A DNA stretch of 64,000 nucleotides from the human T2T-CHM13v2.0 reference genome, Homo sapiens: the NCBI RefSeq assembly GCF_009914755.1, contig NC_060934.1, one strand, 5' to 3'. Both the position numbers and the translations under genes were made by a program. Below are positions 15,434 through 30,167 of this stretch, piece after piece (position 1 is the first letter of the stretch; each line of letters opens with the position of its first letter). Under the pieces are notes generated by a model that was not told the origin of the DNA, did not search any database, and saw only the letters and a list, made by a program, of their open reading frames with translations.

Positions 15434-18230
15434 GCATATAATAAAATACAAAGGCCACTCATAGCAAAATAGTATAAATATAAATACTGCAGAGAAAATA
15501 TTCTTATATGGTATTCTAGTAAGAAAGAGACAGAGGATGAAATAGATACACATAAAATATAAGACTTAGCAGTTAATTATTCAAACATTGTTTAAAGTTA
15601 CTCCCTGCATATGGAAACTTATTTGAAGCCTCAAAGCTGTAAACATCCTCCAGCCGCCTAGTTTAACCCCAAATCAGATGTTTCTGAGAGCAAATCAGAA
15701 TGTCCTCTAAGTAAAAAGCCAAGTCTGAAATTAGAAAAAAAAAAAATCCCCTTTTTTTCTTGTAATTCAAGACTGTTTGGTGTTTCATTTGCGTCTCTGT
15801 AGTATACGTCACCATCCCTCTTTCTTAGCATTGGAGGAGGGCTAAAGTGGACAGATGCCTGGCATTTGCAATTCTTTCTCTCCTGTAACAGGAAAAGTTG
15901 GTTAAGAATTATCAAGAATTAAATACCAAACATTATTACATTCAACTCTGAAAGATGGATAGAAATCTTAAAGCATGTGCACCTACAAATGCATGCCTTT
16001 CCAGAGCTTTGGAAATGTTCAATTAAATAATGAGTTAACAATTAGTATTATAATAGTGAATCCTGCTATTCCTTGGCCATATCTATATGGTTCTATAAGG
16101 TCTGAAGTGCTATTTGTTAGTGGAACTACAACAGTGCCAAGAGTAAATTTGTATCAGACTCTTCACTGGAAGATTATAAAGCATGTTATTGGCCAATTCA
16201 AAATTTTATTTCATTATGCTATTGAAACAGCTCAAATAAAAATTAAAAGAATAATCAAAGATAAAGACAGTTTACTAATGTTACTATGTCAAGTCATGTC
16301 CTCTGAGAGTCATCCAGTAAGGGCAAAAGAAACCCACAAGATGATCATGAGGTGTGTTTCCGCACAGTATCATTGAAACATGCACATTGTGTTTTCTTTC
16401 ACAAGTGGAATGACATGTTTTTAGGAAGGATATTTGACTGAGTTTAATCAAGCAATTAAATAACAACTATGGCAATAATACCAACAGCACCAACAACCTC
16501 AAATAAGCCACTTTCTTCAGGGGTTGGGGAGTGACCTACTGTGTGTTGGGGGGAGGGGTTATGATAGAGAGGATGACTTGCATCACATTATACAGGTGTT
16601 GTGAGTCAGTTATCTTATTACAGATAAAATGTAAACAAGTCCCAGGATGTCCACACATGGGAGGTAATTGATGTTCTAGCCACTTTATAACAAACAGTTG
16701 GATGTTTTGAAACATTACAGTATTTAGCAGTCTACGCTATGAACTGAACAAATTTGTAATATTTAATCAGGAGTCTTAGGAATGGCTAATATATAACCTA
16801 GGTTTAGAGCTTTTATTCAAATAAACTAAGCAAATGCATATTTTTTTTTCCTATTATAAAAGCAGCCAGTATAAGAGAGTAGGAGTACTGGCAGCTAGGT
16901 TAACAAATGCTGCCCCAAGCAGATTTTCCTGGAAAACCTTGCAGAAGCTGGGTCTATTTTTGCCGCTATTAATTGCCAAGATGGTCCTGGGTGCTCTTTG
17001 ACTTCCTGACCCTCTAAATAAAGCTAGACTTTGGACAGGCTTTTTATTTCTCAAGCCCACGAGGAGTCTAATTACAAAATACTTTAATTTAAACACTAGA
17101 AACTCATTCACGAAGCCAAGCCAAGTCTCAGATTTGAAAGCATTTAAAAATATCCTTGCAACAGCCGTACTACTTTATACTTTATCTATTTTTAGGGCCT
17201 CAGTGTTTATTTTGCTGGAAGAAAAAAATTAAAACATGAAAAGTATGCCATGAGCAAATCTGCAATAATAAGCAGCACATACATGTTGTGGAAGAAAATA
17301 TTCAACATAAAGCAGTCAACATAAAAACAGATTCTGCTGAGGCATTTTTATAAATAGCAGTTATTATTTTGCTTTCAACTGCTGAGCACTTCAAATAACA
17401 TGCCCTTAAAAGTTGTCAAGTGATTTACTTCATATAAATATAATTTCTTGATCTTAACTTTCATAAAATTATTATGGAAAATCATAAATGTATTCCATTA
17501 GTTCCATGTGTCATTTTATAGTCATTATATTGTTAAAATTAGAAGCACAAGGAAGAAAGAAATAAAAAACATATAACAATGGCACTGAAGAAGCCATTTA
17601 TGAGAAAATATGCATGACTCTGTATAAAAACACAATTTGTCTATAAAAGTTTGTATAAAATGTTTCGAATAGGTATCATGTCACCCAGAGAGTTACAGAT
17701 AAAATTGTCCCAACTGGTTGTCAATAAGTCATACCAAATTAAGGGCATACCCCACCTTAAATGTCCCTTTGAATTCTCGAGTATACTAATCTGGGGGAAT
17801 TAGGTTTTGAACCTAAAAGAACAGTTTTGGAACTGTTTGCCTCGTGTAATTACTGCTACACACCCGAGCAAATTTTCACACTGTATCTTTAAAGGCAAAA
17901 ATCACTTTAAAAGGTTCTGAATCACCTCCATCTGGAAAGTATAGAGGTATGTAAAGGAAAAGTATGGCTATTTCAATACTGGGAAAATGAAGTCTTAATG
18001 CAAGAAAATAAAGCGAATTGCCTGATTCCCACAACGGGGTAGCACATTCCGACTCCCGTCACTCAACAAGGGCTGTTGGCCATGGGTGGAGCTGATGCAA
18101 CCCTCCATCACCATGTTCCCTGAGAGCAAAGGCCACTTCCAGTAGTCGCGGTTCAAAGAAGCTGCAGCTTTGTTCACTACTGCTGGCAGACACCAGAAAC
18201 CATGGAAACACTTACAGGGCCCGAAACACC

Positions 18231-18236
18231 TTTATT
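18231..18236 (-). terminator. Candidate proximal polyadenylation signal (AATAAA)
   Basis: Plus-strand tttatt; downstream on minus reads gtgtttccatggtttctggtgtctg (GU-rich). Confidence 0.35.
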
Positions 18237-19088
18237 CACTGCTTCAGAGCTTCCCTGCATCAGCCCACATGATTCAACTTGGCAATATAGAAAATGGTAA
18301 AGCAGGGTTCAGAAAAATACTGATGAACACTGCAAATCATGTTCAGAGTAGAAATTGTGACTTTGCTAGCATTTCACCAATATTTCCTGCCTTGCAACCA
18401 GTAGATATGTAACCAAAATGGCTTGCTGTGAATTTTGTAGCACCCAAGACAAAAGCAATAAAATTTCTGTAAGAACATATGCGCCATGGCAGAATACAAC
18501 ATCAGCCCAGAAAAAATGATTTTCCTGGGAAGGCCTGGGCAGCGATGAATAGGGCTCTCTATGATACGGAAGCTGGGCAGAGATTTTCGCTTCTTCCAGC
18601 CCACAGTGAGGTAATTTTAAAGGCACTTTTCCCTTCATTTGTTCTGCATTCACTGAATGTACATTTTTTGATGTCAGAGGAACATTGCAGAAAAGATCAG
18701 ACGAAATAGTCTGACAATGGAGGCAAAGTTCAAAGCTTCTCTATTTCCAGGTAACAGCCGCGACAGTTGGTCTGCACCAAATCTTTCGAGGGCATGTCAC
18801 TGTAACCTCTTCCATAGCTTTTCAAACAGTTCAAGACAAACAAATCACTTAGTCGTTGAACAACTATAACATCTGATACCATCACACAGAAGTTGTAGCA
18901 ATAGTCACTAATCAAAGTTCCTTCTATTCAGTTGAAAAAAGAAAATTCCTCAGCTTTGGTTTAAGATCACCTTTTTATGTTGTTCTTTTGAAAATTATTA
19001 TACGCCAAGGTTGGAGGAGAAAAAGGATCCTCCCTGTAAGAAGAACCAGGGAGTCAGGTTCTAGCCGCAGACCACTGTCAATCAATAA

Positions 19089-19535
<447 letters not shown>

Positions 19536-21015
19536 TTACTATCTCTCTTGGAAGTGTAGACATATAAGACAATGCCATGGGGACGAGTCATTAACAATGG
19601 GGACTGTGCTAGTAATAATTCTGTGATTTAATTACAGGATGGAAATCAAATGGAATGATCCAGTAATTTAATTCAGGGTGGAACAAGTGAAAGCACCCTG
19701 CCCTGTGACTCGCATCCACATAGAAAATGTAAGATCATCTAGTTCTCACCCTGGGCAAAGCACAATTAAATAGATTCTAGGAGCCAGTCATGGTCACAAG
19801 TGCTTATAGCCCAAGCTCCTTGTGAGGCTGAGGCTGCACCATGGGGGGAATAAAAAATAAAGGAAGCCACCATTGTGATTCTGGGGTCCACAGTGTAAGG
19901 AAGCCTCACAGTTGCATGCTCAAGGCCTCAAGTCAGGAAGCATGACTGCCGCATTTTCCAGCAGTGAGTTGCTGGCGGGGTCACTAAGCCTTCCTGGGCC
20001 ACGGTTTCTTCCTTTGAAAACTGGGATAACAATCATATCAGTGAGGAGAGGGGTCCCTATTCATTGGCTCATTTTGTTTCCATTAGAATAACAGCCCTGC
20101 ATTCTGTCCACTTTTTCCCTCAATCTTCCCCTTAGGATCACGAATGATTTGCTTGAATGATAAGCTTAAGAAACGGAGCAAAGTGTACGTGGCTCTGATC
20201 ATTCTATATACTCTTTTTAGGATCTGCCTGTTTGTTGGTTTACACACTCAAGCGTGTGCGCAAATTGTGCTGTGAAAATTCAAGTGCTTATATTCAAATT
20301 CAAACTTAATTCATATTAAATACATTTTTCAAATGATGGAGGGAAAAAGCCTGAATAAATGCCGTTGTTATTTTATTTTATCCTAATTCCTTGTGCTTTG
20401 TTTCACAGTTTACAATAATGACTGGATATAATTACTGATTTTCCAGTTAAACAAAAGGAGGTGCAATCAACAGAAGAACCTTTGTCTTAATTTCTGAAAT
20501 GTAAATTTAATTCAGGGTCAAGGGCAGAAAATAATCCTTTTATAATAATGAAGCCTTCCATTTGGAGTTTTCAAACAAAGAATGCCTTCGTCTACTGGAG
20601 CCTGCAAATATTATGAAGCTGCTTTGATATGGATAAACATAATGTACTATTTGTTGGAAAATACAATAATGATTTAGTCAGAAGTAACATTTGGTCTTTG
20701 TTTTTCAAACAGCTGCATAACATTATCACCCCTGAAAGTTTACAAAATGTCTTTCTTAAATACAAATTTTCTTAGCAAGGCAATAAACCACAAGATATGG
20801 GAGGGTGAGGATCGGCAGAGTGAAAGACAAAAGAGAAACCAAGGTTATATCAATGGTAGCCTTTCCTAAGAAATGAGGGCCAGGAAATGGCTCCCAAAGG
20901 ACCTTCTAAAGGTATTAATTCAGTATCTAATGTGATGGCACCTAATATTCTGTAAGTGGACACCAGCTTGACCAATGAGTATAGCATACCTTCCAGGGCA
21001 CATTATGACAAAATC

Positions 21016-21033
21016 TGTGTGTGTGTGTGTGTG
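21016..21033. repeat. (TG)n microsatellite
   Basis: Direct reading. Confidence 0.85.
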
Positions 21034-21401
21034 TTAGCATACATTTGTTTGTAATTACTAATAAGTGATTCCGTTTTTGGCATTTCTTAAAAGCCACAGC
21101 AAGTTTTTCCATCTATTCCAAATTGTTAATAATTCCAAAAAGAGGATGCTATGTTTAAAATGGCCTCAGACCTCTGAGCCTACAAAAGTGAACCAAAAAA
21201 GATGGAGAAAAAGTTAAATATCTCTGTCCTAAGGATTAATTCTAATCCTGAGGCTGGCAATTAAGGTGTAATAAATAAACAAGTCAGGCTAAGGAAAACA
21301 TAATTATTAATTTCTAGAATTTCTTTGGAGTAAAGTGACATCCAGGAGAATTCTCAAATCAAAATTCTAGGGTTCCAAGAAGTTTTCAGATGACTCCAGA
21401 T

Positions 21402-21603
21402 GAACACTGCTCAACTGAACTTTCTGTGATGATAAAAGTGTTCCATATTACTGCTGTCCAATATGGTAGCCATTTGTGGCAACTGAGCACTTGAAAGGTG
21501 GCTAGTATGACTGAGGAGTTGGAATTTTAATGTTTTAAATTTTTAATTAATTTCAATTTAAAGAGCGATGTGTGGTTGGTGGGTCCCCTGTTGAACAATG
21601 CAG
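21402..21603 (+). mobile_element. MER3 (hAT-Charlie) DNA transposon
   Basis: aactttctgtgatgat...gctgtccaatatggtagcca...gagcacttgaaaggtggctagtatgactgagga matches recalled MER3. Confidence 0.85.
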
Positions 21604-22196
21604 CCCTAGATTATTGCTAGTATAAAATGCCTGGGAAACAGATTACTTCTTGCAAAATCTTAGGGGTTTATGTTTTTATTAAAGTAAGACCAGTAGGATT
21701 CCAAGGACCTCCAATGAGGACAATTTTAACTGCTCCTATGTCTTCTGAAGTTCTAATACATGGGTCTGAAAAAAGAATGAAAATTACTTCTTACAAATAA
21801 TAAGAAATAAAACTTTTATGGCAGCAACTTGCTAAGCAAACTGTATATTACTGAGTCATGACAAGAATCTTCAACCCTAGTGACTATGATTATCATCCCT
21901 ATTTCATGGGTGAAAGAAAGCTGAGACACAGATGTATTACCTGGTTTGCAGGAGGTCTTATAAATCATAACTGACGGAACTGCTATTTGAAGTAAATATA
22001 ACACTATGCAATTATCTGCTCTACTATCTTAAGCTCACCGTGTACCACAGTGGATCCACTCTTCTTGGCTTACTAAGTTTCAATCTACTTTCCTTCTAAG
22101 CTGAACTAGAACTAATATTGGGATACAGACATGATAATCCTTTCACTTGCCTTCTTAGTTTTAGCATAGTTAATAATCAAGAGGTGTAATTTTCTA

Positions 22197-22433
<237 letters not shown>

Positions 22434-23499
22434 TCAATGAAAAAAATCCTTACATGATAATAATGGAATAATGAAGAAGTGAAAAATAAATAATCTGAGA
22501 CTTAAAGCCCAACATATGCATGAATTATGACAAAGCCTCTTGGTCCCATATTGCTGTCTTTAGTTTTACAAAATTATGGAAACATTATGGGAGAAAAATG
22601 ATAGGGGAGAAAATATAGATATTAACATGGATATTCAAATGGCTGATTTCAAGGAATGTCAGTGGGAGGATTAATAATTATTCTAAGAAACCAGGGATCG
22701 AATTGAAAAGACATTTCAAAAGAGCTAAATGATGATCAAAGATTAAAAACTCAACATTGAAATAAAATTGTCATTAGATAGGAAAAAGGTAAGGAGATAA
22801 ATCCAATAAACAAAGATTTATACCAGATAGTAGGACATAAAGCAAGGAATAAGCCTATTTCATTCACCACTGTATCCTTAGTGCCTAGAACAGTGCTTGA
22901 TGGATACAACATATATTTATGGAAGGAATGGTTAAAAGCACCAAAGAAGGGTCCATACTCAGACAAATATACAAATGTCCTAGACCTAGGAAAATGGTCA
23001 TGAAGGCTAAAATCAGAAAGAACAGAGGTTGCAGAAATGCAAAGGATATTAAACAGGGTCACATTTATTTTTAGCAAAGATAGAAAGGAAGTCATCAATT
23101 TGAGCTTGGTAGCATAATAATAGATTTTGTTTCCATCTTCCATCAAAAGAGATTTTCAGATTGAAGAGGTCTGAAAAGCATCAAGGAGGAGTAATTGAAA
23201 CCAAAAGAAATGAGGTGATTGTAAGGGATATCTTTAAATGCTTCAAGTGTAGAGGCATTAAATACAAAATTAAATCTCAAAACTCTGAGAGAATTTGTAA
23301 ATGAGATTTCTAAACCATCATTATCTGTCTTGGCAGTTAATGGTGGAGACAAGGTTGGTGATAAAAAAATAAAGTCTCAACTTTCAAAATGAAGCAGAAA
23401 TATGTCTTGAAGTACAAAAGGCACATTTACTATTAATCTCTAGTTAGATTATATAAATGATCCTTTAAAAGATTTCTGAGAGCCCTTTTAGAAGAACAC

Positions 23500-24960
23500 A
23501 GTTATTACGAAGCATCAGCACAGGTCCTCTGAGAAAAATTGCACTCAATTAAACTTAGTTCCTCCTCTTAAAAAATATAGTTAGGATTACCAAGCAGGTA
23601 ATGTTATGTAAATTGATGACAGACATTCAGATTTAAACAAGGCTTCTGAAAAAGTCTCCCATAGTGTCCTCATTAACAAAATTAAGAAATATTCCAGGTG
23701 TGAATACTGTTAGGTGGATTCCTGTGTAAATGGCTCCCCACAGGGGGACTCTCCAATGGGTTGTTGAAGGCTGTGCTTTTGATTCTTTTCTACTTCACAT
23801 TTTATCATGACTTGGTGGACATTGATGGAAGGCTTCTCACATGCACATATGGCATAGAACGTGGATAGAAAACCAGTACCCTGGAAGACACAATCAGGAT
23901 TCCAAAAGAAGTAACTGGATGACCTAGATTAGAATAGAATTGGATAGAAGAAAGAGCATTTCACAGCAGCAGCCATAAAAAAGGGCTCAAAGATTTTCCC
24001 TAATTGTTATCTAATTATGAGTCCACAGTATGACATGATTTATGATTTACCAAAATCAAATAAAATCATAGGTTGCTTCACAAGAAATATAAGGTCTAAA
24101 ATTTTAAGTGGAAATGCCTTGGGAATGCAGACTGTAGCTTTTCCCTCTTTACACAGTCAATGTCTATACACAACAGATGTTCAATAAGTGCCTGAATTTT
24201 TAAATAATGTTATGGACAGTTTCTGATTTCAGACATTCATGCCAGGCAGTTTTCTAAATGCTTAACTCTATGATCACACTTAATTCTCACACCAGCTCAA
24301 CAAAGTAGACACAATTGTTATCTCTATTTTATCAAGGAGGTAAAAGAGAGTTGAGGAAATTTGTCCAAAATAATGTAGTTATGAGTGTTGAGAGCAGAAA
24401 TCAAAACTAGACAGCTGATTTCAGCATTTACTCCTTTGGACATTACATTATATTATTTCCATGAATGAAACGGAAACTTTTAGGTCTGCTCTATTCTACA
24501 ATGTTCAGAACATACCTGAAATATTATGTGTGATGCTTCATATATTAGGAGAAACATTTATAAAGTTTCTTGTACCAAAGGGGGAGAACTAGAGTGCTAA
24601 AGCATTCAGAGTCATGATCTATGTGAGACAGTTCAAGAAACTAAAAACTAGAGATAATTCCTTAGAAGTTTTATTTCATATGTTTAAGGACTATAATGTG
24701 GAAAAGGAATGAAACATTTCTTTTGACTTGAGATGGCCAATTCAGGCTCAAAGGATTTCAGTTGCACCTGTGAGAATTCAAATTTCATCACAATAGAGGA
24801 AAGTAGTTTCTAATAATATTACCTCAAAATAGAACAAGTTGCCACTTGGGGTTAGTATGTCTTCTATTAGTGGAATTTTTCCAACAGAGCCTGCAGAAAA
24901 AGTTGTTGAGGATATTTTCACAAGGTTTTTTCAATAGATGCAAAAGAAATTTTTCACAAG
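23500..24960 (+). mobile_element. CR1/L3 LINE fossil interrupted by L2 (about 24120-24200) and MIR (about 24230-24450) fragments
   Basis: Residual ORF2 peptides SDLNKASEKVSHSVLINKI (about 23627-23683; compare CR1 LDFSKAFDKVSH..L..KL) and LYSTMFRTYLKYYV (about 24489-24530; compare LYSALVRPHLEYCV). Confidence 0.7.
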
Positions 24961-25029
24961 ATCTTTTGAAGTTTCATCTAATCCCAAACTTCAATAATTC
25001 TACCAAAAACTATGTGCAATTTGCCTGCA

Positions 25030-25510
25030 AGGCAGTAGAAAGCAGTGGCAAAGCAGGGGGCTTTGGTACCAAGTGACCAGAATTCTAACACCAGCTCCAA
25101 CTCTCACTAAAGAAATAGGATGTGAGATTCTAATTCCAGATTGATCAGTTATTAGTCATATGAATATGCATAAGTAGTTTAACATCTGCATGCTTTAGTT
25201 TACCCATTTACATTATGAGGAAGACAATAATAATAATTACTGGATTATATAATAATTTTATTAAGTATATTATTTAAACATGTTAAACACATAAAGCTCT
25301 TAGAACAGCATGTGACACAAGCTATTATGGTAGATCACTACAAATTAGTTATTTTTGGTTTCATGTCACCTTGAGACTTTATTTTCCTTGCCTGACATGT
25401 CTTTGCTTATAAAATTGGGATAATAAAAAAATTTACTTCATAGTGTGGATGTAAATGCAAAATAACTTACTAAATTAAAGCATTTAAGACTTCTTAGCAC
25501 ACAAAAAGTC
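25030..25510 (+). mobile_element. Nested MIR fragments
   Basis: MIR 5' and core motifs occur twice. Confidence 0.55.
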
Positions 25511-26851
25511 ATAAATAAACATTACATAATTGTAGCAGTAGTAATTTTACTAGTATGTCAACATGCTTCTTAAAATCTTTGTATATTATTCACCATCCTA
25601 CAGAATAGGGATAAATGATATACTAACCCTAGCCCTACATAAATCCAACTTTAACCATACAATAATAAATGCACAGTTTTTGCATATGTATATATTATCT
25701 ATGCACACACAAAATACGGAAGAATGTGGGTGTTGAAAAACATACTAGTGAAATTATCAAACACAATTTTGGAAAAGTAGATCAGAAAATTTTAAAGCAG
25801 GCAAATATGAATTATTAGATCAGACAGTAAAAATTCTCAGGAAGGTTAAATGTTAGAATGTAAATAAATCATGGAGATTAATGGCAAACACTCAAGATCT
25901 GTAAAGGAATTTTGGGTGGATTTATTCACCACTGTCCCATGTGTGTAATCTGCCTTCACAAATGTCAACTGAGAAGCATGTAAGCAGACAATGACTTGCT
26001 TCAGAGAGAAACAAAAAAATCTTGGGAAGTTTAATTATTGACATTAGTATCACTTTTCTATTTGAAAAAAATTGTAAGATAAAAGACTGGCATTTGGTAT
26101 ATCAGCACACTCAATATGGTGGTTAAAAGTAAAAATAAAAAGTCATATTTTGCCAATGTGCTTAGCTATTTGTTTTTGGAAGTGTAAATATTCCTGTAGA
26201 AAAGACAGAATCAGTGGATAGAATTCATCTAGTTTTTTTTTTTTTTAATGACAAATACCACCAGAAAAGGAAAAAATAATAGAAAGGAAGAAAAAAATGA
26301 AGTATTAACCTATCCTGGAAGAAATATTTCACCATTTCTTCCAGGTGAAAAAGAGATTAGCCTCAACTCTGCAAAATAAAAATAAAACACAATGTAAACA
26401 TAAGAAGAGTCTCCTTTGTATGGTCAAGTATTCACAGGGAAATGTTAGTAATGCTGTGAGAATAGAATTCTTTTTAGTACATGATCTATTAATATGTTGG
26501 GGGGAAAAAAGACTGCACAAAGTGATCTCCAAAGGTGTGAATGGCCAGGGAACTCTCCGTGGCAATGATGTTGAAACTCTGACTTGTGAAAATGTTGGAA
26601 GGTGGCTGTAGTGAAATGAAAAGGTCAGCAAATCCTTTCCCCAACAAACATGTATAATACTTAAAAAATTGTCAAAAATTGTCAAAAACAACGATCAGGG
26701 CTCTGAAAATCAACCAAAGTCAAACAACAAATTGGGTAACATTTATTCATGAAAAGCTGGCCAAGCTTCAGGTAAGAACAGTGGGAATCTGAAGCATTCT
26801 TACCCACAGATATTCATTCCCCTATCCCCAGCTTGGCTATTTTTTTTTAAT

Positions 26852-27357
26852 TGTACTGAATGAAGTTAAATAGATGAGGAAAAATTTATTCAAGACTATT
26901 GCAATACAGGAGAAAGATTAAACTCAACTCTGCTAAAACAAAAAGTAGCAGAGTTTTCAAGAACTAGGAAAACTTTTCCTACTGGAAAAGTACTGGAGAC
27001 TGTTAGGATGGAGGTTGGTCAATTTGATTAGGCCACTTGTGTTTGGTAATTGGCACTTTTCAAAGTTAGGATCCTACCCTCTCACAGAGGCTGGGAGACA
27101 GGGGCTCCATCTTTCTTTAAGACTGCATTTTAAACAGATGGCTCCCAGGTCCTTGAGAAAGATATTGTTGGTTTGCAAACTGGCAAGAGGCTGGGAAATT
27201 TACATTTCAAAGGGGCAGAAACAGAATTTATGATATCAAGTTTCTTAACGTAAATGCTGTATGAAAAGATAAATTAGGGACCTATAGTCAGCAAAAAAAC
27301 AAAAAAACCCTGTCTAAGTTGATTCAAGTTTTGGGAATGCTAAGACCATATTGATCA
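26852..27357 (-). mobile_element. ERV1-type solo LTR (MER89/MER34-group-like)
   Basis: Reverse strand begins tgatcaatatggtcttagcattccc...cttagacagg...tgactatagg; internal ctcaaggacctgggagccatc; AATAAA near the 3' end. Confidence 0.65.
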
Positions 27358-28733
27358 GTTAAAGTGGTAATTTTACCAGTGACAGCTTTGGAGTGGAGTA
27401 TGAAATCTCACACTCAGCGGTGTGGTCAATAGAAGTAACAAACTTGATTAGAAATATTTAAAAAATCTGTAGCTTGCTACTTTGAGACTGCAGTCCTAGT
27501 TGGAGTGGGTAATGAACTAACTTTAAATTTAATAGAGAGATTCTTAAAGTGAGAGCTATAGAAGGGCTAGATGAGTACTCCTGTAGGCTTGGCTGACTGA
27601 GAAACTGCAGGCATGTTCAGGGAAGGCCAAAGAGGGCCTAGTGGGAATCAAAAGCTAAGGCAGACATGAAAACATCTTGAACTCTAAATGTGCTATCCAC
27701 TCCATGCACAGATCATCAAAGAGCAGAAGTCATAAGGGCTCATAGTATTTGATTCCAATCTGCCCAAGTTATTGACTGACCAAAAACTACATAGCCATAG
27801 GTGTGACCACTAAGACATCGAACTAAAAATAAAACTAGGAATTTTTAAAAAATCTGAGACATCAGTGACTACAACCCAAGGAGAGATACATTCCTCCAAT
27901 TAAGAAAACAGATGCAACAAAATGAGAAGCCTCAGGTGGTGGCAGTGGTGGGGGAGGCTGAAGATAACATGGTTATAATACATTATCCAAAATGCCCAGT
28001 TCTCAACAAAGGAAGTATGTGATATATAAAAGAAAAAATCCAGGAATATCTAACTTACAATCAAGAGGAAAAACTGGTCAGTAGAAACTGTCTCTACTGA
28101 GGTCCAGATATTGGATTTAGCAGAAAAATATTTCAAAGCAACTATTATAAATAGGTTCAAAGAATGAAAGAAAACTAAGTTTGATTGGTTAAAGAAAAGT
28201 CTCATGGCAATGACTCAATAAGTGAGTAAATAAAGATACAGAAACTATGAAAATGGTTAAATAGAAACTCTAGAATTGAAAATATGCAAACTGAAGTGAA
28301 AAATTCAATAGATGAACTCTACAATTGGACTCTACATCTGGATTTGAGATGGCAGAAAAAACAATCAGTGACCTAGAAGATAGATCAATAAAAATCGAAT
28401 CTGAAAGACACAGAGTAAAAAAAGATTGAAGGAAAAACAGCAGAGCTTCAGAGACCTGTGGAACACAGTCAGTCATATATATTTTTAACAGAAGACCCAG
28501 AAGAAGAAAGATAGAAAAGAGAGGAGAAAATATTTAGAGAAATAATGGATGAAAATTTTGAGGAAAAAAACATAATTTACAGGTGTAAGAAGATCAACAA
28601 AGCCCTAGAATAAGTAAAAGCAAAGATCCACACTTAGACACATCTCAGCTACTAAAAGCCAAAGAGGAAAGAAAATCTTTAAAACATCAAGAGAAAATTG
28701 AGTCATCATGTACAGAGTAACAACAAATAAGTA

Positions 28734-29248
28734 CAGTTGACCTTCCAGCAAAGTGGGGGTTAGTTAAGGGAACTGACCTCCCCACACACAGTTGAAAATC
28801 TGTGTATAATTTTGACTTTTCCAAAACTTAACTACTAATAGTGTACTGCTGACTGGAAGTCGTATCAATAACATAAAGTCAATTAACACATATTTTGTAT
28901 GTTATATGTATTACACACTTTATTTTTATAATAAAGTAAGCTAGAGAAAAGAAAATGTTATTTAGAAAATCATAAGGAAGAAAAAATGTATTTACTATTC
29001 ATTAGTGGAAGTGAATCATCATAAAGGTCTGCATCCTCATTATCTTCACATTGAGTTGACTGAGAACGAGAAAGAACAGGAGAGGCTGGTTGGTCTTGCT
29101 ATCTCTGGGGTGGAAGAGGTGGAAGAGGTGGAGGAGGTGAAAGGAGAGGCCAGAGAGGCAGGCACACCCAATGTAAGTTTTATTTTTTAAAAATCTGCGT
29201 ATACATCGACCCACACAGTTCAAACTCATGTTATTCAAAGGTCAACTA
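28734..29248 (-). mobile_element. Tigger2-family MITE (Tigger2a/2b-like)
   Basis: Terminal inverted repeats cagttgacc...ggtcaacta with TA at both flanks (28732-33, 29249-50); body matches recalled Tigger2a. Confidence 0.88.
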
Positions 29249-30167
29249 TAATGGCTAACTCTGGTCAGAAACAATGAAGGCCAGTAGACAGTGAAATTAT
29301 ATATTTGTATATATATGTAAAATGGTGGATCTTTGTTTTTACTTATTATATGGCTTTGTTGATCTTCTTACACCTGTAAACTATGTTTTTCCTCAAATTA
29401 TATATATATGAAAAACCTGTCAACCAATAATTCTTTATATAGCAAAATTATCCTTTAAACATGAAGGCAAAATAAGAACATTTCCAGATTAAAAAAAAAA
29501 AAAACTTGGAGTATTTTTTACTACACATTTGCCTTAGGAGAAACACTAAATAAAGTCTTTCAGGTCGAAAGGAAATTACACCACATAGTAACTGAAATCC
29601 ACATGGAGAAATGAAGTGCATGAAAATGATAAATGTATGGGAAATTCAAAGAACATATAAATATACAGTCATATAGATATTTTCTAATATCTTTTTAAAA
29701 CCTTAAAAGATTATATAGAACAACAATTATAACACTGGATTATTTTATTTATAACATACAAAGATATAATATATGTATAAAAATAACAGCAAAAAGGAAG
29801 AGGAGGAAACAGAGTTATCAGTAACGGAGCAAGTGGGGCAACAGTGCTATGACCAAATGGAGCCATATTGTTAGGCTTTATCAGAATTAAGTTAGTTTTA
29901 CCCTATAATAGAGTGTGAAATTTTAAAATGTATATTGTAACCCCTAGAGCATCCACTAATAAAATAATTCAATAAATGCATGGAGAAATTAACAAGAAAT
30001 TGACTTAAAAATGCTCATATAACCACCCCCACCAAGAAAACAAAAGAGTAGAGGAGTAACACAGAAATAAAAAGGATGTGAGACATAGAGAAAAACAAAT
30101 AGCAAAATGGCAGCTGTAAATCTAACCATATCAATAATTACATTAAATATTAATGGTCTAAACACAG

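Larger units (their letters stand above)
15408..19088 (-). other. TMEM26: TMEM26 3' UTR (about 3.7 kb, distal end approximate)
   Basis: Unique AT-rich sequence without recognisable repeats after the stop, ending where an old L1 begins (about 15.3 kb); candidate poly(A) hexamers ATTAAA at 15428-15433 (followed by GU/U-rich sequence) and AATAAA at 15316-15321. Confidence 0.65.

Noticed and set aside
15975-16376. 133-aa plus-strand ORF antisense to the 3' UTR
   Set aside because: No recognisable homology; composition typical of translated AT-rich non-coding DNA.
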